In this document: positions 16,860 through 32,280 of the stretch, one piece after another
Layout of the letters: every line of letters begins with the position of its first letter
How positions within the stretch are numbered: the stretch's first letter is position 1
Origin: the human T2T-CHM13v2.0 reference genome, Homo sapiens
Assembly: GCF_009914755.1 (NCBI RefSeq)
Contig: NC_060930.1
Length of the DNA: 64,000 bases
Strand: one strand, 5' to 3'
The notes under the pieces: model-generated
What the model saw: only the letters and a program-made list of their open reading frames with translations
Database searches by the model: none
What the model was told of the DNA's origin: nothing
Position numbers and translations under genes: made by a program

Positions 16860-16907
16860 CTATCCCATGCTGAAGATCATGATCTGCATTGGGCACTTTG
16901 TCTATAT

Positions 16908-17128
16908 CAATGCTGGACAAACTACAGCCTGTAGGTCAAATCTGGCTTTTTGCCTGTTTTTGTAAATAAAGTTTTATTAGAACATAGTCACATTCATTGA
17001 TTTACTAATGGTCTGTGATTGCTTTTGTGCTTTAGCAGAGTTGAATAGTTAAGACAGAGACCATTTGGAATGCATGGTCTAAAATATTTATTATGGGGCT
17101 CTTTACCAAAGAAGTTTGACAACCTCTG
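16908..17128 (+). mobile_element. MER58A (hAT-Charlie)
   Basis: caaactacagcctg...gtttttgtaaataaagttttattagaaca...aagtttgacaacctctg. Confidence 0.85.
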
Positions 17129-19528
17129 ATACATATATTATTTACATATTATCTACATATTATACTCCAACTCTGCAGGATTGGTCTTCAAATGCCCTTT
17201 TTATGGATAAGGGAGCTAAGACCCACAGAGTTTAGTATTTCAATTGAGACTGCAAAACTTACCAATGCCTAGCATTTGGATTCACGTCTGTGTGATTCCA
17301 CAGCCCATGTTCTTTCTACTAAACACTCATATCTTTCAACTCAGCCAAAACCTAGTTGAACCACCTTCATCTACCAGTCCTGCCTTGTGACCATGGCTTG
17401 CATGGGGAACAGTTCAGTGATGTCTCCTGGTGGTGGTGCAACCTGGAGATCCTAGCATTTGTCAACAACCTGGCTCAGGTCAACAGTATCACTCGTGTGA
17501 ATGTATAAGCAGGTGAGAGAGTGGAATAAGGATTTCAAGGGCTAATACTGCAGATGGCAGTAATCCACAGATGGCAGAGTAATATAGATAGGCGAACATA
17601 TTGCTGCTTTCCAAGGGTCAACACATTGAGGATTTCCAAAAGGGTCTTTGTTGCTGCTGGACATGGCATCCAATCTTGTTGGGTGCCCTTGGTGAGTAAT
17701 GTGTAAATATTTGTACATTTTTAGCTCATAGCTACGGGATATATTTCCTCTTCCCTGGGCTATTAGGCTGTAAGACTTTTGGACCCCCATGCTTGTTCCC
17801 TGCTATTATGCCCTTTCATTGGCCAATCTGACTCCAACTTCAAGTGGAAAGTTCTTTCACAGTGGATTAATCCTGGTGGAAATTTGATTGTTTCAGGGGT
17901 TTACAGATGAAGTTCTGTGCTGCTTCTGTTAGCCTACCATCTGCCCTTGGTTCCTACTTCTCACTCTATCTTCATACCTCCGTTTAATTTTTCTAAGCTC
18001 TTAAACTGGTTATCATTGCATAAAGGAAACAAAATTGGAAAAAAATCAGCTATTCCTGCACTAATTGAGTGCACTACAGTGTTTGCCTTGTAATTGTGAC
18101 AAGCCGACAGTAAGATAACAGTGACAAAGTTACAGCCACCCAACTGGATGTAACAGAGTTGGGTAATTTATCCATCTGTCAAAGGATGAATCTAATGAAA
18201 AATGGCTGTAGTGTTAACTGTCATATAAAAATGGATACTGTAACATTGGGTTGTTGAGGGGCACGGTGAGGGTTAGGAAGGCAAACATTTTTCCTGATGG
18301 TCTGTTTTTGTAGTCTGTGTGGCTGGCATTATATTAAGGAGTGTGTGACTCTCGCTTCATCGGTTATGAAGCTGCTGATGGAAGGATTCCATGGAAAAGC
18401 AGCAGAGCTGCAGAGTGGACAGGGAGAAATCAGAGCTATAATTAACTTTGTATTTCATTGTGTTCTACAGCAGTAACCCTTATTTCTCCAATGATGAAAT
18501 CCTATAGTCTAATGTGGTAGCTTTCACACTCTAAAAATCAATATATCTTTCAGTTTATGCTGAAAATATAAAACAGATAAGAGTGGGCCTACTCTGGTTT
18601 AAGTGGGGGTGGAGAAACCTGGTAAAATGAAGTCACATTTTATTTTTGTGCCAGTGTAACTCCATAGGGAAATAATGGGTTGATTAAAATTCTTGGTCTG
18701 TCGTTTAATTATTTAGAGTAGATGCTTCTAACAGACATTTTTGTCTTTGTAACTCTTTAGGTTTATTCCTAAAATATTTTAATGCCCTTGTTTTCCCTAA
18801 CCTTTAAAATATCCAAATATCTCTCCTTTTTTTTTTTTTTTTTTTGTCTCTCCCCTGACACTAGATAATGTTGCATCTAGGCACCTCTTATCGGCCAATG
18901 CTATTGATGGTTCATTTGTATTTCTGTCTTGGAAACATGTTCATTAAGAACCTGTCACAAGACTCAGATCTACTTCTTGATGGAGACTATAAAGCAAATG
19001 TTAAATTTATAAATTGTTGAATTCTTTGAGTTGAGGAGGAATTGACAAACTAATAGAATTTTGATGTATATTGATGAGACAGAGTGCTGATGGTGATGCA
19101 TATAATTTCCAGGTAAGGAAGAGGTAGAAGCAAGGCATAGAAATCTACTTAATGATGCTTCCTAGAGTTGTTCACCCCCAGGTGTGCTGGGTGTGAGCAG
19201 TGCTGTTAATTTGGGAAAGAACAAAGCATGTTCACAGACTGGCCGGGGTCCCAATGTGTACTAATGAGTGTACCAGGTAATAATTAGTGAAAGTCTTTGT
19301 GTTTGCTCTTCCTGTAGCCATACCAAGAAGGCAAGGGGTTGATGGGCTATCATTTCTGCACAGCTTCTTTGCTGTGTTTTCTCTTAAGCCCATGTGCATT
19401 TTTATTATTGGTTATAGTTTTTGTGTATGTGTGTAGTGGCATTTGGGGGTGGGTGTACATAAGGCTTACATCACTTGACTGCCAGCTTTACTGAGCTCAC
19501 ATGTTGTCCTTATTTTTGTGTTTGCCAG

Positions 19529-19610
19529 GGAGAAATGCCTGCTGCCTCTCCAGTTGGCTTTGGAATCCAAGAATGTGAAGCTGGCCCAACATGCTTTGGC
19601 AGGGATGCAG
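19529..19610 (+). CDS. ARFGEF3: ARFGEF3 (BIG3) coding exon, 82 nt (exon 3): (R)EKCLLPLQLALESKNVKLAQHALAGMQ
   Basis: Acceptor tttgccag at 19521-19528 and donor CAG|gtatgg at 19611. The translation matches the BIG3 N-terminal (DCB-like) sequence as recalled and joins the next exon in phase 0. Confidence 0.96.
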
Positions 19611-20984
19611 GTATGGCTTTGACTGAATGCAATGGGATGATAGAAATTGACAGGCCACTTTGGCATTGAAAGGGCAAATAGTTAACATTTTAAATACTGG
19701 CTGTTTAAAGACTCAGGCAGAAATTTGATTGAACTAGGAAATAACTATAGAGAATAACAGGATTTTCTTATATTCACCAGAATTTCTCTGTACACAGCAT
19801 TATTTCATTGAACCTTTGTGATCAGACACTGATTCATGTGGACCTAGCTAAGCCCACACAGATAGGGATTTTTTTTGTGTGTGACATCTTTCAGGAGAGT
19901 AAGGGATCCCAAAAAAGAGACGACAAGTTCATACCAATTCAAATCTTGTATACTTTCAACATCTATGGTTCTATATAATAAAAATTGATGGTAAACTGGA
20001 AAGATTTTGTTTTGTTTTTTATTCCACGGTTAGATTGATGAATGGATTATTATCTTTTATGTCCAGAGCAAGACTAGGAAGAAAAAAGAAATTTGGTTTA
20101 ACAAGAAAAGCCAGATTTGCTTGAATACATTTTTTTGGTTTGTGTTTTACACCAAACATAATGGATCTAATTCTGATGGTAAAAAGGTGATGACTATGTA
20201 AATATACATACTTTTTAAAGTGGTTGGCCTCTAAGAGAAAAGCACTGTGAAGTTGAAGCCTGCAGGAGTTTGTTCAGTGTGGCGATGGATAAACCATGGT
20301 GGCATTTGTCAGATTTTTTTTATGTCAGTATCAACTGCTTCATAGTTAGCTTTTTGAGTTCAGAGAGGTTCCCAATACCTTTTAAGAGATAAAACCTATG
20401 AAATAGTGAGAAAACAGTTCTTTTTCCCCCAGCAGATTGGAATTAATGTATATTTTTATACACAGCAGCATTTGAATATTTTAAACATTAGCAATAATGT
20501 TATTAAAAACCTTTTGCTTTTCTCCAAGGTAATTGGGCCAACCATAAAAATGGTTGAGAATTTGTTTTGATCTGTCACTTTTGTTCCTTTTTCTCTAATG
20601 TTGTGTAGATTTTGCATTTAGCTTCTCTCTCTTTTTTCTTTAACCCTGGAATATTCTAAATTGCAGTGCCATATTTTCAAGGGCTTACTGAATCGTGTTA
20701 ACTGAAGCAACTTGGTGGGCTGTGAGTCTTCCCTTTACCATCCCCTGCTACCTCCTCTTAATTTTAGGCATATTTTTAGAGCGTCTCAGTTTTTATCACT
20801 TTAAGTAAAAATAAATTGTATGTAAACTCTAATTCTGAGCTTTCCTGAGTATACCACATGATTCTGAAAAAAAAAAATCCTTTTGAAAGAATATAGGCAA
20901 AATTTCAGGGAGTCTTAAGTAAAAAGGTTTGAAATATTATTTTCAAGGTCTTCAGTGGTGTGAAGGTAAAAGAGGGAGTTATTA

Positions 20985-21600
20985 CACTGGATGGATCAGA
21001 ATTCTCAAAGTTCTTCACAGGCTGCAACTCGAAGCCCCTTTGGAAAAGAACAAATTGAATAGGGATAAATATAAAGGTCTATACTGGGGTCTCAAAAATC
21101 AATTGCACCAAGACAGCATGGAGGAAAATAGCTTAATTGCAGTCCTTGTGAATGAGAATTAGGGGTTTCAGGGTGAAATTGTATGCCTCATTCACAGGCA
21201 TAGAATGTGCTGTGACAACCAACTAAGCTCATTTGACCAGAGAATGTGATCCAAATTATGTATGTTAATATCAGACCACTCTTGAGGCCACATTCTAAGC
21301 ACAAGTGAAACCTTATCTGGTTTCATTTGGAGAGAACATTTGGAGGAGCCTGAGGAGGTTTAGTGTGGAGAAGACAAGACTTAGGTGGACCTGATAGCTG
21401 GTTTCAGATATTTTAGAAGCTTAATCTGTTTGTCTCTGGGGGAAGATGAAGGAGTAGAAGTTGTGGGCAGGTGGATTTTGGTACAATCTGAAAAAGAATT
21501 TTATGAAAATGAGAAAGAGATAGAAAAAGCCTATCCTGTGAGGTAGACTCCTGGAAGTCCTCATAACAATGAATGTCTTCTTGTTGAGGTTTTGGGGGGG
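20985..21600 (+). mobile_element. L3/CR1 LINE 3' region
   Basis: ORF 20929..21162 keeps CR1 ORF2-like KNKLNRDKYKGLYWGLKNQLH. tttagtgtggagaagacaagacttaggtggacctgatagc corresponds to the FSLEKRRLRGDLI motif. Confidence 0.8.
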
Positions 21601-21886
21601 ATGCATTTTCTGATGGGGACATACATGAAGATTTCTGGATTCCTAAATAATTCCTGGATAAATGACAGCTCACATTAGGAAGTAAAAAGATAAAAACCTG
21701 AAAAATGATCTTGTCTACAAGACCTTCTTTCCTGTGACGAAGCCACATTTAGAAAGCGTATGTGTGTGTGTGACTAGTGGGTAGGGCTAGCTTCCTCTTA
21801 GCACGATCATTCTCCATTCCCACCACCTAAATACTTTGTATGGCCGGCACATTAGGGTTTCACTTGATGGAACTTAGAATGAATAA

Positions 21887-22234
<348 letters not shown>

Positions 22235-22397
22235 GCATTTTTCTTTTTAACGGCACATAGCGTAAGTTCTTTCTTAATGGCCTCCAGCTACACGCCTCCC
22301 CAGTAAGAAAACTGATCATCAATCCATAATAAGATACAACCAAATAAGGCAGCAGGGGAGAGCCTATCTGTGATCACTGCCTTGTGCCTCTTTACAG

Positions 22398-22529
22398 AAG
22401 CTTCTGTCGGAAGAGAGGTTTGTATCCATGGAAACAGATTCTGATGAGAAGCAGCTGCTCAATCAGATACTGAATGCCGTGAAAGTGACGCCTTCGCTCA
22501 ACGAGGACCTGCAGGTGGAAGTGATGAAG
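22398..22529 (+). CDS. ARFGEF3: ARFGEF3 coding exon, 132 nt (exon 4): KLLSEERFVSMETDSDEKQLLNQILNAVKVTPSLNEDLQVEVMK
   Basis: Acceptor ctctttacag|AAG, donor AAG|gttggt, phase 0-0. Overlaps ORF-track entry 22428..22631. Recognised BIG3 peptide. Confidence 0.97.
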
Positions 22530-23454
22530 GTTGGTTTGACGTGGCCAAGAGTGTGCGTCACTGGGACAGGAACACATCCTGATCCCCTGCACTTGTTATC
22601 TGAAAATGCCTCTGCGTTGTGGTCATGCTAGCTCATCTTCATTTGGAACGGATGCTTGTTATTCTTGCTCATGGTCCCCCTAAATTACCCTGATGGTTTA
22701 ACATCAAAAGGGACAATTTCAATCAATCCTTGAGATATTTGGCCTTGTTCTGCATTAAAGGCCATTAGAAAGTGTATTTGTAATCTTTTAAGAGAATGTA
22801 TGTGAGTAGTTCCAGCGTGGGGTAGATCTGATTATTCTGGGTATTCTGCCTGCTTGCATATGTTAAAACAAAGCAATAATAATAATGTTTTGATATATAC
22901 TGAGATTTCAGAATGGTCAGTTTAGGGGCAGAAAGACCACAGTTGGGAGGCATGTCAGAATACACATCTTTTTTTTTTTCTCCTTCAAATTATATGAAAC
23001 TTACCTCTTTCATTCCAAGTACCGCCTTCCTTTTAGGGATAGCATCTCTCCCTCCTGCTTTCCCTTTCTTTTAAGAATCACCATGATTGGGGGTCCGTTA
23101 TGCTGACCAGAGTGTGTCATATTCTCTGAGTGAATGGTGAGTTGGGCAGAAAGGACAGAAACTCTGCCCCGTAACAGCACCTTGGTCATGGTAACACAGC
23201 AGGAACCAACAAGAAAGCTTTTAATAATGTATTCTGTCCTTTTCCTCTCTCGGGGAACATATGTTGAGAAATATTCAGGAATAGTTAGTGTCATCCCGTG
23301 GTGGATTTCTTCCTGGAAATGCACTGAAGGATTTTTGTCTTGGATAAGAGACTACACTTCTCCTGGTTTCAGTTTCTCCATTCAGAAAAGATTGACTGCA
23401 GTCATGACATTCTCTTGATGTCCTGGGCCTCACCCTAACCCTGTTGGTGGGTAG

Positions 23455-23705
23455 TTCAGGTGATGATTAAGAGCTCAAACTCTGAAGCCAGCCTGTCTGG
23501 GTTTCAATTCTTATTCTTCCACTTCCTAGCAGAATGTCCTTGGACAGATGCCTCAGTCACTCTACCTTGATTTCCTTGTGTGTAAAATGGGGGCAATAGT
23601 AGGACCCACCCAATAGGATTGTTTTGAGAATTAAATAAGGTGACATTTGTAAAGAACATAGCACAGTATCTGGCACAAAGCTAGTGCTTTAGAAATGTTA
23701 TATAT
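23455..23705 (+). mobile_element. Near full-length MIR
   Basis: ttaagagctcaaactctgaagccag...tgtaaaatgggggcaatagt...gcacagtatctggcaca. Confidence 0.85.
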
Positions 23706-23732
23706 CACTACTTGTACCACTACTGCCTCCTG

Positions 23733-23810
23733 CTGCTGAATCAGAATCTCAGCGGATGGGAGTAGGAATTTGCAGCTTTCACTAGCATCCCAACTGATTC
23801 TTAAACACAA
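23733..23810 (+). mobile_element. MER5A fragment
   Basis: ctgaatcagaatctcag...ggaatttgcagctttcactagcatccca..tgattctta. Confidence 0.55.
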
Positions 23811-24735
23811 TGTACATGATGATGCCTGAGCTAGCTGATCTTTAGGATCTCATTCATCTTTAACTCTCTTTGATTCTGGGATGTACAGTTTTGCCTTATC
23901 CTTTCAGTTTGGCAGCTGTGCATTCTTAGGAACCACAGAGTGACCCCTTCTAGCTTTGTTTGACTTCTCCACTGTATCTGTGCCACTCCTGAAAAAGAGG
24001 CAAGACCAACTGCCACGCTAATCACTTTTGTAACTTCAAAGTGCAACCTGTGAATCTTTCTTCTTCTATTAGGGCTCCAAATACTGGAGAGTGAGCTTTG
24101 GTGTCATACTAAGAGATGCAAGTCAGATTACATATTATTCTGGAAATTCTCCCAGGAATAGTTTTTGTGGAATACAGAAATTTGTATTAAAAATTAAAAT
24201 GAGGAAGTACCCATTCTTCTAGGAGCTATGCACAAGCAGAACGTTTAATGGTTATGTCAACAGTCGCACCTATTTTGAAAACTTGTACTTGCTTTCTGAT
24301 TCCATCCCGCCCAGCAGTGCCTTCTGCTAGCCTTGCCGAAGATAGGAGTTGACACAGGTTAACTCCACCAGAAATCGTGGAAAGCCTCTTAATGGACTCT
24401 CCAATGACACCATTATAAACCTTGATACTTTTAGTTAATGTCTGGGAGGAAAGTCAGACACTGTCAGAAAAAAGAAAAACAATGAATCTGTCAGTCTTTA
24501 CAATGAGATTTCCAAAATGCTTAAAAAGATAAGGGCCTTTGTTACATGCTATTATTTTTTTAATTGACAGATAACATAGTATGCTTTATCATGTGCAACA
24601 TGATTTTGAAGTCTGTATACATTGTGGAATGCTTAAATCTAGCTAATTAACAAATGCATTATGTCACATAGTTATCACTTTTGTGGTGACAGCACATAAT
24701 AGCCACTGTTTACATTTTTCAAGAATATATTGTCA

Positions 24736-25508
<773 letters not shown>

Positions 25509-25510
25509 CC

Positions 25511-25793
<283 letters not shown>

Positions 25794-28327
25794 TTTAGCA
25801 GGGCATTGGTGGTGTGAGCCTGTAGTGCCAGCTGCTTGGGTTGCTGAGGCTGGAAAATTGCTTGAACCTAGGAGGCAGATGTTGCCGTGAGCCGAGATCG
25901 TACCACTGCTCTGTAGCCAGCAGAGTAAGACCCTGTCTCAAAAAAAAAAATATTGTCACTAAATATAGTCATCTTGCTATACAGTAGAGCTCCTAAAATT
26001 TATTCCTCCAACTTAACTATAACTGTGGATGAACCCAAAAGATATTATGTTAAATAAAATAAACCAGGCACAGAAAGACAAATACCATGATTTCACTCAC
26101 ATGTGGAATCGAAAAAAGTTGATCTCACGGAAGTACAGAGTAAGATAATGATTGCTGGAGACTGGGGTGCTTAGAAGGGAGGGGTGATGGGGAGATGATA
26201 GGAAACATACCATTATTTTTAACTATTTAAATATTAGGATTGGGGAAAAATATTTCAGTTCACAACAAACCTAGCCTGAAGTTAATTTTTTGAAGTATAC
26301 TTTTTGATAAACATTTTGGCCAAGCTGCTAGAAAATTAATGACAAGATAACTATACTTTGGGTAATGTTGTTATTAACATCAAATAAAACTTGATGGTAA
26401 CCTGACTTTGATAGGTCACAAGTGAGGGCTCCATAATCATTTGCTATTTCTGAGATTGAAAATACTTGTTTTGGTATAGAGATTGGTTCACAGTGTAGAC
26501 TTTCTGGCTTAGAATAATAAGTTTTATCCCTCTTCTCTCTGAATGAGGAATTTCTATATCAACTTTTTAATAATCTCCAGAAGCCAACACCCTTTATCTT
26601 ATAATTCAGTAATACTTGTAATGATCCAGGTAAAGCCTCTTAAATAAGTCCTTGTTTTGCTAATACCATTACTGTATTAAATGCTTTTACTGTATTCTCC
26701 CAAAAATTATAGAAGAGAGAATTAGATGAGTCCCCAGAGAAAAGACTGGATTTCCATTACATCTGAAGGGTATGTTAATTTAGTCTTGGCACTTCTACAT
26801 GACTCATTCTGATGATAAATTATTTAAGAAATTTCCTATAAAAATCTTCCAGTCATTTTATATAAGTATTTTGTAGGCACAGAAAACCTTTTAAAACAAG
26901 ATATGGTGGACATCTTCAAATGTTGGTCTGGATATGCTATTCAGGAGGGATAAGGCCACACCATGCAGTTTTTATTTGTCTGTCCGACCACAGCATAGCA
27001 CGTTGTTATAACGGATCCTAGGTGTTATTTTTTAGAAGTTAGATCATGCGTTTTATTCACATATTGGTATCTGTTAGTGCTTATAAACATGGAAGATTGA
27101 ACCATGTCACACTCTAAAGTGTATGGAACAATTGTATTAAATTTCTGGAAAGAAAATAATATAGTTTCCTTTTTGTAGAGATTTCTCCAAGATTAAACAG
27201 AAACGGGCCAATAATGAAATCCAATATTCCAAGGATAGTATTCTCATTTAGAAAGAAGACTTTCAATCAGAGGGTTAAAAAAAATCAGTGAAGCCTGCTT
27301 CTGACAAATAGGAATGAGGTTAAATCACTTAGTCTAGGAACTATTCTACATGGTTTTACTATTTAACAGGAAGGGGAGAAAAGGCAAGTTTGATTTATTG
27401 AAATGGCTATGGAACCCAAAGAAAAGTTTTACAGCTTGAGCAAACAATAAATGGTCAGAACTGTACAGAATCAGAAAGAGGCTCTGAAGATAGATTACCT
27501 TGGAAATGGATTAGTAGACTATTGAATATTTAGGTTAAATACTTGTCTGCTTTGGCAACATTTTCCTATGGTGTGTGCTATTTCCATAAATGCCAGGCAG
27601 ATTGTATAGGAGCCATGTACGGATCTAATGACTTCTCTGACGAGAGTAGTTAGGACTTGTTTCCCTTCTTTCTGATGGATAACCTTTAGTGAGGTTATTA
27701 ACTGATACAGCTGGCTGAGTCTTCAAAGGCTGCCGAATGGAATTATGGCTGGCTGTTCGCCTCTGTAAGCATGTGGGAGATGTGGGCATCCTATCTGGGG
27801 AGGGCAGGCTGGCTTTGGCGATAAGGAAGGAGATGATGCTGGACACTGAGAGAGCATTTGATGAATATTCTATTACTGGGTGTCTTTTTTATGTGCATTT
27901 TTAGATAATAGAAGTGAATATTCGTAGAGTGCTTTGCAATTTTTAAAGGAGAAATGACAGGGGCTTATCATTTAACATTTTTTATGCACCAGACATATTG
28001 ATACTAAGGTCACACAGCTAGTGAAATGACCAGGGCAGTATTCAGCCTGGGGTTAAACCTGTGCTCTTAAGTGGTGGGTTACCTTGCCTGCCAAGTCTAT
28101 CCTGAGAGGCTTGTGGGTGCTAGTCACTGCTATTCTTCTTGTGTAGATGATGGAGCAGAAAAGCCAAGTCACAGGCTAAGGAGGGGTAAAACTAGGAGTG
28201 GCTCAGAGTCCTGTGTGGTTTCTGTGTCTTCCCGTGATAATGATATTCCCTCACTAGTCCTGTGAGCTAAATTCACATATGAAGAAGGAATCTAAGTGTC
28301 TTTTCCACTAAGTTAGCTAATCGGTCT

Positions 28328-28328
<1 letters not shown>

Positions 28329-28366
<38 letters not shown>

Positions 28367-28379
28367 GAGAGAGAGAGAG
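28329..28379. repeat. Compound (GT)16 and (AG)n microsatellite
   Basis: Read directly from the sequence. Confidence 0.95.
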
Positions 28380-28406
28380 TGTTGGGGAAAGGGAAAGAGA
28401 GTGTAA

Positions 28407-28739
<333 letters not shown>

Positions 28740-29796
28740 GGGGTATTTTTATATAACAAAAGCCTAGTAAACATCTATAGAAAATACACAGATGAGTGAA
28801 TCGTGAACAGAGTTTACTATTTGTATGGCTGGTAGTCCTAAGCTTCAGGGTGTCCAATTAGAGTTCTGGTATTACAAAGTGGAAGGGAGTGTGCTTTTAA
28901 ATTATGTATCAGTACTGTCGTCAGTGCCTTGGTCTGGGAGCAAGAAACACGACAAAGGAAGAAAGACTGTTTGAGTCCCCTCTCGGTAATGTTTTAATGG
29001 CAGAGTCTTACACTTGGGAAGTTTCTTCAGATGGTTAGTTTTGATGTTCTTAACTCGGGGCATTTGGTCTTCTAGAGTTCCTTTTGGAAAGAATGTGATC
29101 ATTAGTGAAGTTTGAGAGTGAAATGGCTAATTTGTCTTGCTGCTTATAACAGGGAGAAATCTCTTCTTAGCCTGAAGCCATTGAGACACTTCAGAAGATT
29201 TGTAGCAATCTCTAGCGTTAAGGAAAAATCCAATGTTTGATGAAAAATATTTAACTCCTGAATGTGTCGTTGTTGGAGGTTGATCTAACAAGTTTGCAAA
29301 CATATTGTTTGTGCAGTTAATGCAGGGAAGTGTCTAAAATATGTGGTTCTGCTAAGTAAATGGTTCTCAAACAGCCTTCCCTCTTCCTGCTCATAAGGTT
29401 GAGTGATGAGAATCTTTTTCTACTTTGCAAACAGACTAATATAATTCTTACTGAGTTTTCCTCCCATCTTTCTTTACCCTTTGATATGACTGCCTTCAGC
29501 AGATGGTAAAAATATATGAAAAAGTAATGAACAAACATTGAAAGCCTGGAGATGTGATTTTCCTTTAAATAGTTTATGCATTATTTTTGAGATGGAGATT
29601 TTCATATTATCTATTAATATCTTTTTAAAGCACCACCATTTCCAAGTGTTTACTATATTTCAAAATCACTCTACTAAGTGTCTTTAAACTTTTCTCACAT
29701 AATCTTAATTTAAGCGCATATAAATGCAGAGGCCCTCATCACTTACTCTGGATGTTCTATAGATCCAAACAGAATAGGAAAGTTCTCTGATTTTTT

Positions 29797-29885
29797 AATC
29801 ATTTATTCAGCAAATATTTGATTGTTTTCTATGTGTCAGGCACTGTGCTGGGCACAGAAGATCCCATAGTGAAGAAAACAAAACC
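29797..29885 (-). mobile_element. L2 3' end
   Basis: tcatttattcagcaaatatttgattg...tatgtgtcaggcactgtgctgggcac. Confidence 0.75.
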
Positions 29886-29952
29886 AAAGAAAAACACAAT
29901 CTGTGTTTGGAGGCCAATGATAGAGTCAGAAATCAATTAAATATATAAATAC

Positions 29953-30000
29953 ACTAGTCCCCACTTATCCAAAGTTTCACTTTCCTTGGTTTCCATTACA
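29953..30000 (+). mobile_element. MER44/Tigger7 terminal fragment
   Basis: tagtcccccacttatcc..agtttcactttcc..ggtttccattac. Confidence 0.5.
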
Positions 30001-30415
30001 CATTGTAATGTCTCCTCAACTCTTGACTCAGGCATGACTTGAACATTTCACTAGTTACTAAGCGAAAATTAGTGGTATACTATAAGTATTGTTTTTATCC
30101 CTCTGGTGCCTAGCGGAGCATCTGGCACATGGCTTACTAATTGCTCGTTAGTTTAGTTATTGACTAATGGAGAGACAGAAACACATGTGGTAGTTTTTAA
30201 TGGCCCACTAGGATAAATAACAAACTAAATTGAGATAATAGATAATAATCTATGAGTTCAAGATTGAGAAAGATCAACATGGGTTTGTATTTTAGAATTG
30301 AAATAACCTCCTACATCATCAAATTCTTTTCATAAGTAAATTGAAGTTGGAATGGTTCAGTTACTTGGCTGGGCTTAAACAGTCATTGGTAGCAGAATTG
30401 CCTTTTCAACCATTT

Positions 30416-30928
<513 letters not shown>

Positions 30929-32254
30929 TCAATTAGCCACCTCGATATATTTAAGGTCCTAACCATCAGCCATGATTCCACAATCTAAGGAAAACACCCA
31001 CTCTTTAGCTGAGCCAATGTTTCTGTTCCATCCTACGAGGTAGAGTTTTATGATTTGATTATTCCAGAAGAGCTCTGTAATTATTGTTTCAGATGTAGAG
31101 AATCAGGTTGGCTGTAGCCCTTTAACAACCCTATCTTGAGGAGCTTGCTTGGTCAGGTCTATAAGTATAAACAATAAAACTATCAAAAGTTCTGTGTTTG
31201 TATGGGCAGAGACAATTTGAGATGAGGCTCTCATTCTGCAGAGAGTCTGAGAGGGAAAGAGAAAAGGAAGGAGTGAGGGTGTTATCTGGAGCATACAAAT
31301 GAAATTTGACTTCTTAAAAACCCAGCTGTGAGATTAAGTCAAAATCTGCTTGTTACAGATTAAACTTGAAAAAATAAGTCGTGGAACTTTTAAATTTGTT
31401 GCTTTTTTAGACCTTTTTTTATTGATTTATTAAGGAAATATATTTTTGTTGCCAACAGTGCATAAAACTATATAGGATTAAAAACAAAATATTCAAAGGC
31501 AAGGGTTTATAATTCAGTAGGAAAGCAATAAAGAGGCAGCCAATTACCACAATTCAAGGTAGCTGTGTATGTTTAATCAGGAGAAGAGTTCAGGAGGCAC
31601 ATTCAGGAGGAAGAAGCATGTTTAGCAGGGCAGAACATCCTTTTAAGGAGGGGATACTATTTGAGTTGGACTTTGAAAGGTAGGTGGGATTCAGATAATT
31701 ATGTTGGGAGAGAGGGCATTCTTGGTAGAGAAAAAAAGTCCTGGGGATGGAAACTGAGATTAGTGAGGGATAGTGGACGATGAGCCTGAAAGGGTGGTTG
31801 AAGAGGCTCTAGAGGGCCTGCTCTCTGTAAGCAGGCAAGTGATCCAGCCAGAGCTGGGTGTTAAACATGGAAGGTGAGGAGGGGGAGGATGGGTTTGCAG
31901 GATGATTCAGGAATCAGCAGAACCAAGTCTTTGGCATCGTGAAATATCTTATTGGAAGAGGCTGAGCCAGAGGTACCAGGACTTAATCCAGGTAGGTGGC
32001 AGTAGGAAGGGGCCACCTGGGCTGAATGCAGAAAGGTGTGGCTGAGTGCACTGACCTGGTTTGCAGAGTAAGGAGCAGCTGGTGACTGGCAGTGACATGG
32101 GCAGTGAGTAGGTAGGAGAGGGAAAGCCCAAGTTGCCTGCAGGACTCACAGCCAGAGTTTCTGGTTGAGTGATGGTCTTACGGGACTAATTTAAGAGATA
32201 GAGACTGAGTTCATATTATCAGGTCTCAATATTTATATTTAAATTTTGACATAT

Positions 32255-32280
32255 ATGTGCGTGTGTGTGTGTGTGTGTGT
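32255..32280. repeat. (TG)n microsatellite
   Basis: Read directly from the sequence. Confidence 0.9.

Noticed and set aside
19475-19669. + strand ORF over exon 3
   Set aside because: It is in the wrong frame; the BIG3 peptide is in another frame.
22428-22631. ORF METDSDEK... as a standalone gene (likewise 42171..42365)
   Set aside because: These are ARFGEF3 exons plus intronic read-through; the splice sites define the real boundaries.
30946-30953. TAAATATA on the minus strand as the PBOV1 TATA box
   Set aside because: The start site cannot be fixed from sequence; by the recalled UTR length this motif would lie inside the transcript.
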